64,000 nt of DNA from Azolla caroliniana. Its lineage: Eukaryota; Plantae; Polypodiophyta. The stretch is taken from positions 10,974,001 to 11,038,000 of the forward strand of contig JBHGNT010000006.1 of assembly GCA_043228905.1 (NCBI GenBank), read 5' to 3'. Shown piece by piece: positions 23,750-37,700 of this stretch. Positions within the stretch are counted from its first letter, which is position 1, and every line of letters begins with the position of its first letter. The translations under genes were made by a program, and so were the position numbers. The notes beneath the pieces were generated by a model that was given only the letters and a program-made list of their open reading frames with translations, was not told the DNA's origin and made no database searches.

Positions 23750-24545
23750 AACGGACCCCATCTTCAGCGCATCTAATAATGGTTGATTACTTGGAATTGG
23801 TCCGAGAACATCGTTCTTGGAGCTATGCTACACTAGCCTCCCTTCATTTCCAGTGCCTCCCCCACATAGATGCAATTGATGCAAGAAATGGTGAGCCCAC
23901 TATTCCTCCCATCTAATCACAACAATAAAAGATAATCACTTTTGTGTTGAAAGTTGTCTAAATGTCAAATATCATGTAGGTTAAGGTGAACGCACATACT
24001 TCTCCCACGGCTTATGTTCCCCTCCTTGTAGAACTGTGGCATTGTTGAAGCTATTGTGAAGGGATTCGATCATATTGAAATCCCCTCCTATGCAAGTCCA
24101 TTCCTCTTGATCCGCTACTTGCAGGCAGATACGATACCAGAAAGTTGCCATGTTTGCCTTGTTATTCGAAGAGTACATATTCATGATATTTCAACATTGT
24201 CCTTGGATGGCAACGTGAAGAAATGTGACATGCCAAGTATTAGTTATTCTTGATGCACTAGGCCTTGATCTAAATGTTCCCGAATTAATGACATTGTAGA
24301 TACCACCATGGTTTCCATCATGTCCTATGTATTGTTGGTTCCCACAATGTCCACCACGATCCTAGTAGAAGGTCTTCGACTTCCTTTAGGCAAGTACTAT
24401 CCAGATGGTGCTCGTGCAACATGATGATGTAAACAGCACCACCTAATAAGCAATCCTCAAGATCCCTTCTTAGTTTCCATTTGTTTCGTTGGTCAAGTCG
24501 GATCCTTGGTCCCTACACATTCCATGTTATGACATTCATCAACAT
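23750..24545 (-). mobile_element. Degenerate L1-type LINE endonuclease remnant
   Basis: Minus-strand fragments MNVITWNV (about 24513-24536) and MNMYSSN...WTCIGGDFNMIES (23981-24184); heavily disrupted. Confidence 0.7.
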
Positions 24546-27500
24546 GGAAGGGGGTGGGAGATTACTAAGCGTTCCTGATGTCTTGCACAACATGTCATGG
24601 CAATCGCCGTTTAAGCACCCAGTCATTTTCACTGATGGGATGATGATCCATATCCACAAATTGAGATTTTGAACTATGTATTCATTGAGCTCCAACAACC
24701 CCGTCCTGTTTACCATAGAAATATTTTGAGCTTTTAAGATCCAATCCTATGCTTATATAATAATAAGATTTCCTTATTTAATGGAACATGTGGGATAGTT
24801 TCATTCGAGCATGGTTGGTTCAATTGAATGAAAGTTAAAGTAGACTTCCTCTAGGTCTTAAATGCTTTTGTAAATATCTCAACAATCCATGATTTTTAAT
24901 TTTTGAGGAGCTCCATTATCTTGAGATGGTGATTTTGAACTCTTTCATCAACACTTGGCTCCTAGAACATTTTTGACCATTTATAAACCACAAAATCTAA
25001 TGCCGCATGACCATTGGTTTATTAGTTACCTTATTCTATGATAGATTTTGTTAGAAATAAAAAATCAATCAAAAACAAAATGAAACCTTTTGGCTCAAAT
25101 TAAAATTTGGCTTGTCCATTCGTACATCGATTTTCTACATTTAACTGTGTAAATTAAGGATTTTTAAGGTCAACATTCACTAGCCCTGTTTTATATTAGT
25201 AATACATGATTTTTAGACATTGTTGTTGATAGGGAACCTTATTAAGATTCAATGTCTATGTTTATCTACATAAATGTCCATATTTTGAAGATTTGCATAT
25301 AGTATAAATAACTCTAAACTTGAGAATATAAAATTTTCTTGTAATAAAACGTATTGTTTAATCATATGATAGCAAAAGCAATCATATTTTTAGAAATGTT
25401 CCTTGTTCGTGATTGAATTCATTGAAGTCCAATGATAAACTATCGATGTAGAGTGACCCTGAAGAGGGGCCATACATACTCTCTTTTATATCCAATTTTG
25501 AGAGTTGATGAGAGCCCATAATACTACTTATGATGATAGTAATAATATCCTTCTTCTTCTTCATAATTTGATTAGGATGCTTTTTTTAGCTAATTAAAGA
25601 ATAAGTGTATTTGGTGGTCATTTTTCACAAATGTAGGGGTTAAAGAACTAGGACTATTTTGGCAAGGTTCAATATCCACCATCGGTGTCATACTTTCCCT
25701 CAAGTATTAAGTGTGATTGTGGCCCGTGGGGTTCATATAATATTTGCATGACTCACGCCATGAAATATATGCATTTGGATATCATGAATAACTCTCCTTC
25801 ACGACAAACTCAAAACGTCTTTTCTTGATTGCATGCCATAAGTGCATACTTGTAGAAAACTTCGCCTAACTACAAATACCCAAAGCAAGAACGGTTTAAT
25901 GAAACAAAAGAAGAGCATGTGGAAATAGACATGAAATTGATGACCATGTGTATGTACAACAGAAAAAAGTACCATCATGATCACTAGGTAATTGGTAGGT
26001 CCCTTGGGTCACCCTTTCAAGCTATCAATGCTCAACTATAATGCTTGTAGAAGTATTGCATGTTGGATATTCCTCCGCAATGTTGGGGAAGCTTCAACAA
26101 CTTTCTTACAAGCGAACTCTATCAAAGCATAGAATCTACATCATAAGAGGCCATAGAGGATTCTGTAATGACATGCATACTCTCGTGTCCCTTAATGGTA
26201 TGATAGCTCTAAAACCATTAATTGAGGGAGAGTTTGGCTTTTGTCACTGCATCTAGTGAGGTCCCTAAATCCCAATTTACCTATTTGAGGGAAAGGCTAA
26301 TCAGTAGCAAGTGACGAGCATGGTATATAATTTTTGAGTGTTAAGAATGGATTTGGAACAAAATTATCAATTGGATACACGAATAATGTATAGCATGATT
26401 AGCTATGAACTCGAACCTATGACCCAAATATTTATGTTAATGTGCACTTCTAAACTCTCATTTCAACTAGACTTTGCATTACCATACCTCAGTTGTATTT
26501 TGTAAGTTGTCTAATAAGTATTTGATCAAAGGTTTTTTGGGGGGAAAAAAAAGTGTTTAATCAAAAGAGAAATAAAGTTCGCATATCCCTAGAACATAAA
26601 AAGTTTGAAGAAATAATGTTCATGAAGAGTAGATTATGTCCATTACTATAATCTTGGGTGTTGATAGTTGTTAAAAAAAGTATTACTGTAGTTTTTGTCC
26701 TAGATATGTGAACGATATAACATTTGGGTAGTAACGCATAAAATCAAATTCATATGGCAATGATTTGCTTTCACAAACTTGTAATTTTAGTACGCCTATT
26801 CTTGTAGAGAAAACAACTTCGAGAATGATAACCCGTAGGCACTGATGGTTTCGACCAGTCCCTAGAGTTTGCTAGGTGATATCTATACGGCAAGGAGGAT
26901 ATGAATTTATCCCTACAGAATCCAATCCCCGTGGTCCTAGATCGGTCCCGAAGCACTAGCAAATGATATCTTAAATCTATTAAGAAATTTTTAGGATCGA
27001 CTGATCAGCATATGTAATCTTTTTTATAAACAAATTTAAAGACTTATATATCAAATACTTATAAACTCCATCATAAAATGATGATATTCCTTTTAGTACT
27101 TTGGACAACAACTATTCATTCTGAATGGTAAAAGGTTTTTGGAGCGATTTGTAATTGTTGTATTCGCAAACATGGCATTTTCGTGTGAAGCATTGCATCT
27201 TCTCATTTATGGGCAAGCATACAGACATATCACTTTTTTAAAACTAAGAAGACATAGTGAATAGTATATTAATGTCTCAAAAGAGGCCAACATGGCCTAT
27301 GATATAAAAAATGATACATATTGTATAGCTTGCTCATTTTATTGTAATGAAAAGGAAAGAATCACTAAATGATAGATTTTCCTTGTTTTAAAGCTTCTAC
27401 TTTCAAAAGAATAGACTGCCTCCATGTGATATTCCCATTCCATGCGCTGAGGCTGAGAAATATGTGTGATCTTTGTTTGGCAAAAACCTTTGTATTCCAG

Positions 27501-30500
27501 TCGACAAACTAAAAGGTTCACTTTTAGACCAATTACTCCTTTGTTTTTTCACTTCTAAAAACGTAGGAATTCTTTTCTCAACGGATCCAATTGCCACGTC
27601 ATGTAAACACATTCTTTGGTTCTAAATTATGGTCCTCAAAGTAACATACAAAGTTTCTAAATTGCACGATCTTTGTTAAACAATATTGTTTATACTTACC
27701 ACGAACAAAACTAATACTTTAATTCCGTTCTCTTCGAAAATGTCGAACCGCCCTTGTTATGTAGGTAATGTCCATGTGATCACATCATCTAATTCATTCA
27801 ATCCCTCTCATATTATATTGTTGGTTATAATTTGTGTGATCTTTATTACATATATTTATATATGATTGACAAAGAAAATGTTAGTTTTTTAATTTAAGTT
27901 TGGTTTTACATTTGAAGCTTTGGGAATTTGATTTTAGAACATATAAAACTCTAATGTTGTAAACTAGCCTCTTTTCAAGCCTTTGAAACATACACACAAA
28001 TCTATATTCTATTCAATGTCATATAGATTATAATGTATTCGATGCCATATAGATTATATTCTCTTCTTCCGGAATCACGTATGACACGTAGCAATCGATA
28101 ATAATTTGGATTCGGCTAGAATTGGACCATGAAACCGTGGGAATGGCTTAATGACTTTAATAGTTTTGTTTAAGGTTCAGAATTGGAAAAAGTTTTGTTT
28201 CGGTTTAGCTTGGGGGGTTAACGATCTAGTTTAGTTCGATTTGAAATTAAATTAATATAACATTTTATAGTTTCTCAAGGTTGATATCACAACTTAAATG
28301 ACTTAAAGGGCAACCATGTGTTGATAAACGGCTTAAGCAACTTATATGGTCATTTTTACATGTAAATTAATTTAAAAAATATGAACCCTAACTACTTATT
28401 TGCGAAAAAAAATTCATGGTTTTAACGATTTGGAGGTTTAAAATATTAAAATTGTTAAGGTTTTAAACAACTTAAGTTTGATGAATTCTGAAGTGATTCA
28501 ATTTAAGTTTCAATTTTTTTTTCAACAGTTTGCATTTGAGGTTCTCTAAATCTTTGGCAAATGTTATATGAGGTGGTAAACGAAGAATGTTTTGCAAGTG
28601 TTTTAAGTGAATAAATGAACAAGCTTGAAGGGTAGATGGCGTACTTTGTTAAAGAAGCCACATGGTATTTTAGACTTTCCATGTATACACTATGAAGCAT
28701 GTCCTACAACATCTCGAGTTTGTGATTCGATGACCACATGTTTTTATTGTTAATCCTTGCATGTACTTCTTTACATGGAACTCAGAATGGCTAACTTAAT
28801 CATGATAGTAATACATGCAAAAAGGCAAATGATGATTTGAATGGATGAAATGCCTATAAGTTGTGGCAACTACAACATGAAAGAGCTTAAAAAAGTGATG
28901 CATGTTGTTACCATTAAAATTATGAGGTTCAATCAAATTCTCATGAAATCAATGAGTTGGTATTTCTCAATAAGTTTTCTCCTCATTACCTTACGATTAC
29001 TCCACTACGAAATTCCCTTGTTTTTTGTTAAACAATGAAATTTCACAGTAATCATGATTTTCCCATAAAGCAAAACAGTATTGTTTGCAATCTTTGCTAA
29101 GCCGCATCATAGCATCTATTTGCTCATAAATTCTATGGCATATGGAATATTTTATTTGATTGCCACAATACAAATTTGTTCTTTGTAGGTTAAATATCTC
29201 TCTTTCATTTATGAGATTATAGAGGATTTGACAATATAGCTAAACAAAATTGTAAATTATTAATTCATTTGAAATTTCTATACATTTTTGGTGACCTTGT
29301 TTGTTCAACATAATGATCACCTTCATCTTCATCATCTTAAGATTTTGAGCATCGATTTAGGTCATAGCAACGATTTGCATCTCGTTTGATGAAGAAATCA
29401 TTCTTGTGTTTTGGAAAGATTCTCATGCTTACAAATGCATATCAATTTGGAATGATTAGGGAATCAATGTCATAGATTTATATGTATGTATGATCTAGCC
29501 ATAATTCTGATATGCAATTGCTCTCTCCATACATATTATCTTGTCCAAGGAAGCATGATCTGAAGTGTAATAGCATACAATTTGTTCTCCCCATTGTTGG
29601 AATACATTACCATTGCTACAATTGGAGAAGCATTGTCTAACATGCAACTAGAGTAAACATTGTTTCCCCCGTTCTCATTTTTGTAAACGTTTATAATTAA
29701 TTCTATTTTCTAAATGAAGGGTGATCCTAATGTATGAATCTGAAAATGAAGGCACATATTGCAAGATTGATCACTTGAAGGTAAAGTGTTAAAAGGAAAT
29801 CTTGTCAATTAATGTGTTTGGACATATTATTGTACCTAAATATCTATGTGTGTGAATGCATATGCTCGTTGCAACTTGCTACATAGCATATGTTCATGGT
29901 CGAGACTCGAGAGGTGTGATGATGGTACTAGCAAGTCTATATGATATATGTGTATACAAATGAGTGTTATATGTTAACCCATTTGGTTTAAATAAGGGTC
30001 AAATAAGATCCAACAACTATTCCGTGTATACATGCAAATGCAATGGCTAGCTAAATATAGTTTCCTATGTGGAGTTTTGTCGTGCAACTAGTAGCGAAAT
30101 GTTGTTATTTGGTAAAGGAACATGTTGGTAGCTTTGCTATTGTAATTACACTTGGTTTATCCACAATTATTTTGAAAAGTTGGCTTAATTGGTCCTTGAT
30201 GTTGAAAGACTAAAGAATGCCATATGGATATACACTTGAGTAGAATAGTCATGGATAGAGCAAACTTTTATTGGATGAATCGACAAAGTTGTGTAAAGTG
30301 CCACATTATTTTTTAATAGCATACATTTTGTCAGTGGCAAGTGTTTTTTAATAGAAGGAAATTTTCGAGTAAAAGAAAACGAAGTAAGTTTTTGGTTTAC
30401 TATAAGGAGCCACTAACCATTCACAAAAAGGTTGGGGAATGGTGTAAAAGATTACGGATCGGAGCAGTGAATATGTTCCGTGTCCCAAAACATTTGCCTT

Positions 30501-32004
30501 TTTGTAAACTGACAAGTTTTCTATATGTTTCTCTTTTGTAAATTCCAGAAAGAGCCATCCAAGACATTGACTATGAGGTAGAACAATTGACAGAATAAGA
30601 AAAAGACTACTTGCTAATCACATACATGCTCAAAAATGACCTCTAAACTTTGAAATTATTGAATAAAAAACCTTGGATGTCTATCGACAAACCAGTTCGT
30701 GAAAGTCACATGATTATGAACTGGTGAGACCTTTTGGTAAATGTATGAGTTTTGAGTGTCAATGACATACACTCATCTATACATATTGAATTATATATAT
30801 ATATATATTTGGTTCACGCGTACATGTTCCAATCCTTTTAATCTTCACCCTTAATTAATTAAATGATACAAGAGGTAGCCATATTTCTTGTTCTGGCATT
30901 CAATAACATTGTCTTTTGTCTCAAGGGATTATTGGCAAAAAAACATGTCATTGATGAAAGTGGGTGGAGTGGGAATACGATTCGAACCATGTGATTGTTG
31001 ATTGCTAACTTTTACCACACATTTTCTTACCGTAGAGATATTTTGATTAGTTCCTTTCACTTAATATCGTCGTCTTTAAATATCCACTCTTGCCTTGATT
31101 TTGGATTTGAGGATTTTTGGATGGCTTATCCTTAATCAATTGATTATATAGTCTAAAGCTTTACACTTCATTCTTTACATCCTTGGTCTAAGTTGCTACA
31201 TTAAAGCATACTATAGATTGTCTTTTTTGCTCACCTAAACCTTCCCTTTTCCATCCCATACTTTCCTCACTTTGTCTTAGTGATCTTGGGCTTCTATTTG
31301 TGCCAATTGCACCTAATTAGTGAAGGACCTCTATGGCTCGAGCTTGCATCCCAAGCCTCTTGCCTTGTTTGTTCCGATTTGACTTGAGGCTTTGCCATTG
31401 TCTTACCAAACCCCTTTCCTTGTTCCTTGCTTTGAGCCAACAAAACTTGTTGAATGGTTCGATTTAGACTTTTGATGGTTTATTATTGCTCCCTACTTGA
31501 TTTCCTTGTAAATTTTTTTTTAGTTTGGGGTGTGCTTGGCTCTTGATGGCATCAACATCTGTTTTTCAAAATTGACTTACGACTTCTGTCCTTTTATTCT
31601 TAGAAAACATTGTCATAGGTCTTTCCAAATCAACTCACGATCGTGGTATTAGTATATTGAGACATAAATAAGGCGTAGATATTGAGTACATTCCACAAAC
31701 TAGACCTTTCAAATTCGACTTGCATCGCCACATTTGGTTGGTGGGTGATCATAGACACGGTGCTTCATTATACTCCCTTTCACTTTTAATCACACAAAGA
31801 CATGCAATGGAGTTAATATAGGAATGCCTCATATACCCCTCACATGAACAACCCCCCCCCTCCCACCCCTTTTAACTCTCATGAGTAGTACAAGGTTGGC
31901 CTCACAACACCATGTAACCCTACTATGAGTACAACACAACAATTTCAACTCTTTCTTGGTTAAAGAGAGATCAATCATTCCTTTAACAAGTAATGTACTT
32001 ATGC

Positions 32005-32282
32005 AAGCTACGATGAGATGATAGTGCAACATAGCATGCCTTTGGTTGTGTCCTAAAATTCTCTTCTCTTGGGAGACCCACTACCTTGTGTATAACTAGG
32101 TTGTGTGTGCCCTCTTCATAAATACGAGGAGTGTCGGGGTAAAGCTACGATGAGATGATAGTGCAACACTAGCATGCCTTGGTTGTGTCCTAAAATTCTC
32201 TTCTCTTGGGAGACCCACTACCTTGTGTATAACTAGGTTGTGTGTGCCCTCTTCATAAATACGAGGAGTGTCGGGGTAAAGC
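32005..32282. repeat. Tandem duplication, two copies of about 137 bp
   Basis: AAGCTACGATGAGATGATAGTGCAAC...GGAGTGTCGGGGTAAAGC starts at 32005 and again at 32142, near-identical. Confidence 0.9.
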
Positions 32283-32619
32283 ACGTAGTTATGAATCCAT
32301 ATCCTCGGCCCCTTCTTTGTCGTGTCACCTTCCATCTCACAAGTGTATATATGCACTCGTTGATCTCCATGCATAATGACTAAGAGCCATCCATCCACGT
32401 ACCCAATCCTTCCTTCATTTCATGACAAATCCATCCCGCTCCCCCGGGAATGTCCATCCGTCCGTTTGTCACCCGCCCAACCCCCCCCACTTTTGCAAAT
32501 TATAAGTCGTCAAGATTACATACATGTAACTCATCATCATCATGATGTATGTTATGCTATGAATGGTATGTAACGAGGGACACTTCTTTTTCTCCTCCTC
32601 CTCCTCCTCTTCCTCCTTC

Positions 32620-32805
32620 TACATACATACATACATACATACATACATACATACATACATACATACATACATACATACATACATACATACATACAGACAT
32701 ACATACATACATACATACATACATACATACATACATACATACATACATACATACATACATACATACATACATACATACATACAGACATACAGACATACAT
32801 ACAGA
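32620..32805. repeat. (ACAT)n microsatellite upstream of the kinesin gene
   Basis: About 185 bp of ACAT with occasional ACAG units. Confidence 0.97.
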
Positions 32806-34463
32806 CGTAGTTACCCATCAATCAAATCAAATCAATCATCTCTTCTCTTCTCGCTTCTTTTCCTGCTTGTTTGCTGTTTTCTCCTCCCCTTCTGCTTCTT
32901 CTTCATTCGTCTACGCCATCGCTACTGCTATAGAAGCTTCTTCTTCCTCCTCCTTCTAAGACTAATCTAAAAATCTTCTTCTTTCTTCTTCTTCTTCTCT
33001 CTCTCTCTCTCTCTCTGTTCTTTTTTTTTTCACCTTCCAGCTCAGCTCGTTCCTTCAGAAATGAGTGCACAGATCAGGTCATGATAGTATATCCACTGTG
33101 CAGGTTTTCATCCTTCTACATGTTCATGGAATTTACGGGTTTTCTTCTCAGAAGAAAAGGAGGGAGGGGGAACTATACACCGTTCCTTCTGCATTTCTTT
33201 TAGACTCCACTGGAGGACATGGCCAGTATCTTTTCATAATCAGACTTAATTCCTTCTGTGGTTATTGCTTCAAACTGATGAAAGAAAGAAAGGAAGGAAT
33301 TTTAATGGCAGCTTAGACCTACTTCCTTCTCTTCTTAATGTATTCGAGATATATCAAATGCGACAGAAGTCAAAGGAAAGAGGGAGTTTTTTCAACAACT
33401 CGCGTGCTTAAACTGATAGAAGTCACATTCTTGCAGTTTTGATGGCATTTTCAGACTTTTCTTCTTCCATTAATCCGTGAAAACAGAAGGAAGAAAGAGA
33501 GGGAAATTTGACATATCTTGCTCAAAAGATCACTTCATATCTATGTCTATATGTGTGTGTGTGCGCGCGCATATCTAATCGACATCTCAGACATTCCTTG
33601 TTAATGGACGTAAAAGAAGAAAGAAAGAAGGAAGGACGATAGAAAAGAAAGAGAATGGAAGAACAGCTGAGGATAAGATCTGATTCTGTAGAGTTAAAAT
33701 TCATGAATTCCTTTCTGTCTTCAGGAAAGAATATCTTTAATTAATCGTTCATATCCTAGCAATTTAATTAGATTTTCTTTCATACCTTCCCTTAAATCAT
33801 GGATAATTCATGAAACAGAAGAAACAAAGAGGGGAAATTCATTAGCATTTTGTTCCATTTATTGTTGATTCTCAGACCTTTCTTCTGCTAAGAGAAGAGG
33901 AAAATCTATCAGTCTTTGGCATCAGAATTGAGCTATTACTTCATAATACTTATTTCTTCAATCAGAATCTATAAATGAAGAACTGTACATAATACATTGA
34001 GAATGGTGCCGAAGATTAAAGCAATTTAGAAAGGATTCGTCATTGTTTCCTTGGTTTAGCTAAGTTTGATCAAAAGGTTAGAGCTATGTTCGGCAATATT
34101 TAACTCATTCCTTCGAAGACTTAAGCCACAATCTCTTTTTTGCATGTGAATTTCTGCATAGTTCTACTTTGAAAAATCATACATTTCTTATATTTGAGCT
34201 CCTACGCATCTGTGTGAATCGTATGGAGTTTTTCTAGTGAAGGTAATTATTATAAATATGCTTTTCCCGTTTAAATTATTATAAGCTTTTGATCTTCTGC
34301 TTAGAGAAGAAGAACCTAATCTCTATGCTAGATCCGAGTATTTATAAGTAAAGCTAGGTTACATATAACATATATACATATATACATAATTTGGCCATGT
34401 TCCAGTAAAAGTATAGGGTTAAAAGGAAGTTCTGCAATTTGTTCCTTGCATATATTTGAGAAA

Positions 34464-34670
34464 ATGGAAGGGCAATGTAGACCTAATAAGGCCATCGTAG
34501 AAGAGAAGATCAATGTCACCGTGCGTCTTAGACCTCTCAATGAAAAAGAGATGAACAGTAATGACTATTGTGCTTGGAAATGTCTGGACGAGAAAACCAT
34601 TGTTCATGTGGATTATCATAACATCGGCGAGCGAGCTTCTTTCCCTCAATTCTACTTCTACGGTGAGCTC

Positions 34671-34717
<47 letters not shown>

Positions 34718-37700
34718 ACTCGTATTTCTTTCTTTCTTCCATTATTATCTTCTTAGACTTCTGCGTTTTTATTTATTTTCCTGAATACCCCTGGCAAACA
34801 CCATCACCTTTTGGAAAGAGGATCTTTCCTTACATCGCCAAATAACTTGGCCAACACCCACCGACGAGAGAAGCCGCCGTATAATTGATCAAGTATCCCA
34901 TATAATTGCCTCCACGGGTTTAAGAAACGAACGAATTGACTCTAGAATCGCTTGAGTATCACACGGACATGTAGCCGAAAAGTGAAGGGCACTCCGGGGA
35001 ACAAAGAAAAACGCATGGGTATTTCAGAAACTTTCCGTCGTTTTTTCACATCCAGCATACCTTTTTCTCTACTGTCAACAGCACCTAATTTTGAAGCCCA
35101 AAGTAAAGGTTTTATGCGGTACTCTGCATTTAATCTTGAAGTTTCAAATATGAATATGAATCCTGAATTTGTTTCCTAGTTACTCCAGATTGTCTATATA
35201 TAATTGAATTTACATATAGTTTTTGTTGCCATGGTCGTTTCTGTGTGTTTCTATTTATCAAAATAATATTTCAGTGTCATTTGAGGCCATAAATGGGCTC
35301 CAAATTTATGCTTGGCAGAGAGAATTATGCATCGCCATGGAGTCAGCTCCCAGAAAGGAGGGATAAAAGTCTAGCTCAGTATACCTACACAATATTGTGT
35401 GCTTTTCAGCACTCTCTAAATCTGGATTTTCTCCTCAGTGGCATTGATTCATTTGATCATTATTATATATTAGCTCAATTGGAATGTGTAACTCTCATTT
35501 ACTGTTTTTACTTAAGAGTATCAATTAAAGGCTGGTTAATTAGAGTATCTATTCAGGACGAGAATAAAGTCTGTTTTACTGTTTAAATTCAGATTAGTTG
35601 TATTACAACTACCGAATATTTAAGGAAGAATGGTAAATAATAGAAGGAATAGACAGAGCCTTATTTTGAGGACGACCTTCGTATGAAAATATATCTCCTC
35701 TTCTGTCTTCAGATTTATGCACAAACAAGTGGATTCAGATTTATTGGATTAAAGCAAATTCTAGTTTAGGGTTTAGATCCAGATTAATAGAACTGGGAAC
35801 AAAGGCTAAGATAGTGTTTATATTCATGTTAATTGGGCTAAAATAAAGTCTGGTTTACAGTTCAGATCCAGATTAACCGGAGGAAAACGAAGGCTAATTA
35901 TTTTATCTTGACCTAAATAATGTATACTGCTTTTGCATAACAGATCAGGTGTTTGGACTCAAAACATCAACAAAAGAAGTTTATGAGAGAGGTGCTAAAG
36001 ATGTTGCTCTCTCAGCATTGACGGGGAAGAATGGTAAATAATAGTAGGAACACTAGATAGAGCCTTGTTTTTGAGGATGACTTTCCTATGAGAATATATC
36101 TCCTCTTCTATCGTTTTTCAGCTACCATATTTGCGTATGGACAAACAAGTAGTGGGAAAACTTATACAATGCGTGGTATCATGGAGAATGCAGCAGATGA
36201 TATTTTTGAATATATAAGTCAGGTCTAAATTCCCTTACTATGTGAAATAATAACAGTTTTTTTGTGTAACAAATAAATTACTGAATGTCCTAACCACAGC
36301 TATGATGAGAGTAATATGATAGTTTCTTATTGCAGCATCCTGATACCATATTTCTTCTCAAATTCTCTGCACTTGAGATATATAATGAGGTGGTAAATGA
36401 TCTTCTTAACCCAGAAAGCAGCCCACTGCGCCTGCTGGATGATCCTGAGGTTAGTGAAATGTGCTTCTCTGTACATAAATATGTGTGTATGTACGCATGT
36501 ATGTATATACTAACACAGAGAAGAATCACTTTTCTTTTCTTCAAAGCAATTTGTGAGTTTAATGTTCATATCTGTGGCATGTGTTATGATGATTGTTCAC
36601 TCTGAGACATGGGCTATTTCTATATACTATTTACAGAAAGGAACCGTCGTAGAGGGATTGATGGAGGAAATTGTGCAGAGTAGAGATCATCTCCATAACC
36701 TCCTGGACTTTTGTCAAAGTATGTGTGCATATGCTTTGATGGTCTCTTGCACTTATAATTCGATATCACTTTGATATAACTCTCCATTGAAATTTTGTAG
36801 GTCATAGGCAGGTTGAAGAGACAGCTTTAAACGATATTAGTTCAAGGTCTCATCAGATCATCAGATTGGTAGGTTAGGGAAGGACACGACCTAACTCTGC
36901 GTCTTTTTTCTGAATGTATCAATGAATTATGAAGTCACATATAAGTAAAGGGAACTAATAGTAAATCAGAATACAGATGTGTAGTTATTTAATAATACGC
37001 CTATTATGGGAATAAAAATCATGAGTTTATTTTTCATCTGAAAAAAACGCATCACAAACTTTTAAATGTAGGCTCTCAAAACAACGGAACAGAATCTCTC
37101 TTAAGAGAAGGAAGTGCTCATTAGTTCCGAGTTCATCATACAACAAAAATAACATTAAATATAATATGTAATCCTTTCCTGTCCTAATCTTATCTCGTTC
37201 CTCCAGATGATTGAAAGCTCACCTCGAGTTGTGATGGATGATAGGCCTGTGAATTTAATCTTTGCTGTTTTGGTGAGTTTACCCTGAGTTGGCATTAAAG
37301 CATCTAGGCATAAACTAAGGGGAAAACACCAATATACTCCCAACATTTTGGATATTTACCATAATACCCTGCTAAGCATTCAAAATTTACCCAACAAGTT
37401 TGGGCTATTTTGGTGTCTTCCTCAAATAACAGTATCAGATGCTACTGACTCTCTCTATATGGTTGAAGTGTTTTTTGTTTGGATACCTGATATTTAAAGC
37501 CTTTGTGCAGATTTTGCATTGTTTAGGTGTATAAAAATTAAAGCTTTTGTACAGAACTTTATTGATCTTGCAGGAAGTGAACGTGCATCACTTTCTCAAT
37601 CTGATAGAATCCGACTCAAGGAAGGGTGCTATATCAATCGCAGCCTTCTCACTTTAAGTACTGTAATCCGTAAGCTCAGGTATAGCTCAACTATGGTTTT

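Noticed and set aside
26395-26460. Decayed SINE head (B-box-like on minus; similar at about 30978)
   Set aside because: No convincing A box, tail or TSD.
28100-29700. Possible ancient DNA transposon remnant
   Set aside because: No TIR/TSD or recognisable protein motif could be established by eye.
32549-32970. ORFs with TYIH/MYVC repeats
   Set aside because: Translation of the (ACAT)n microsatellite.
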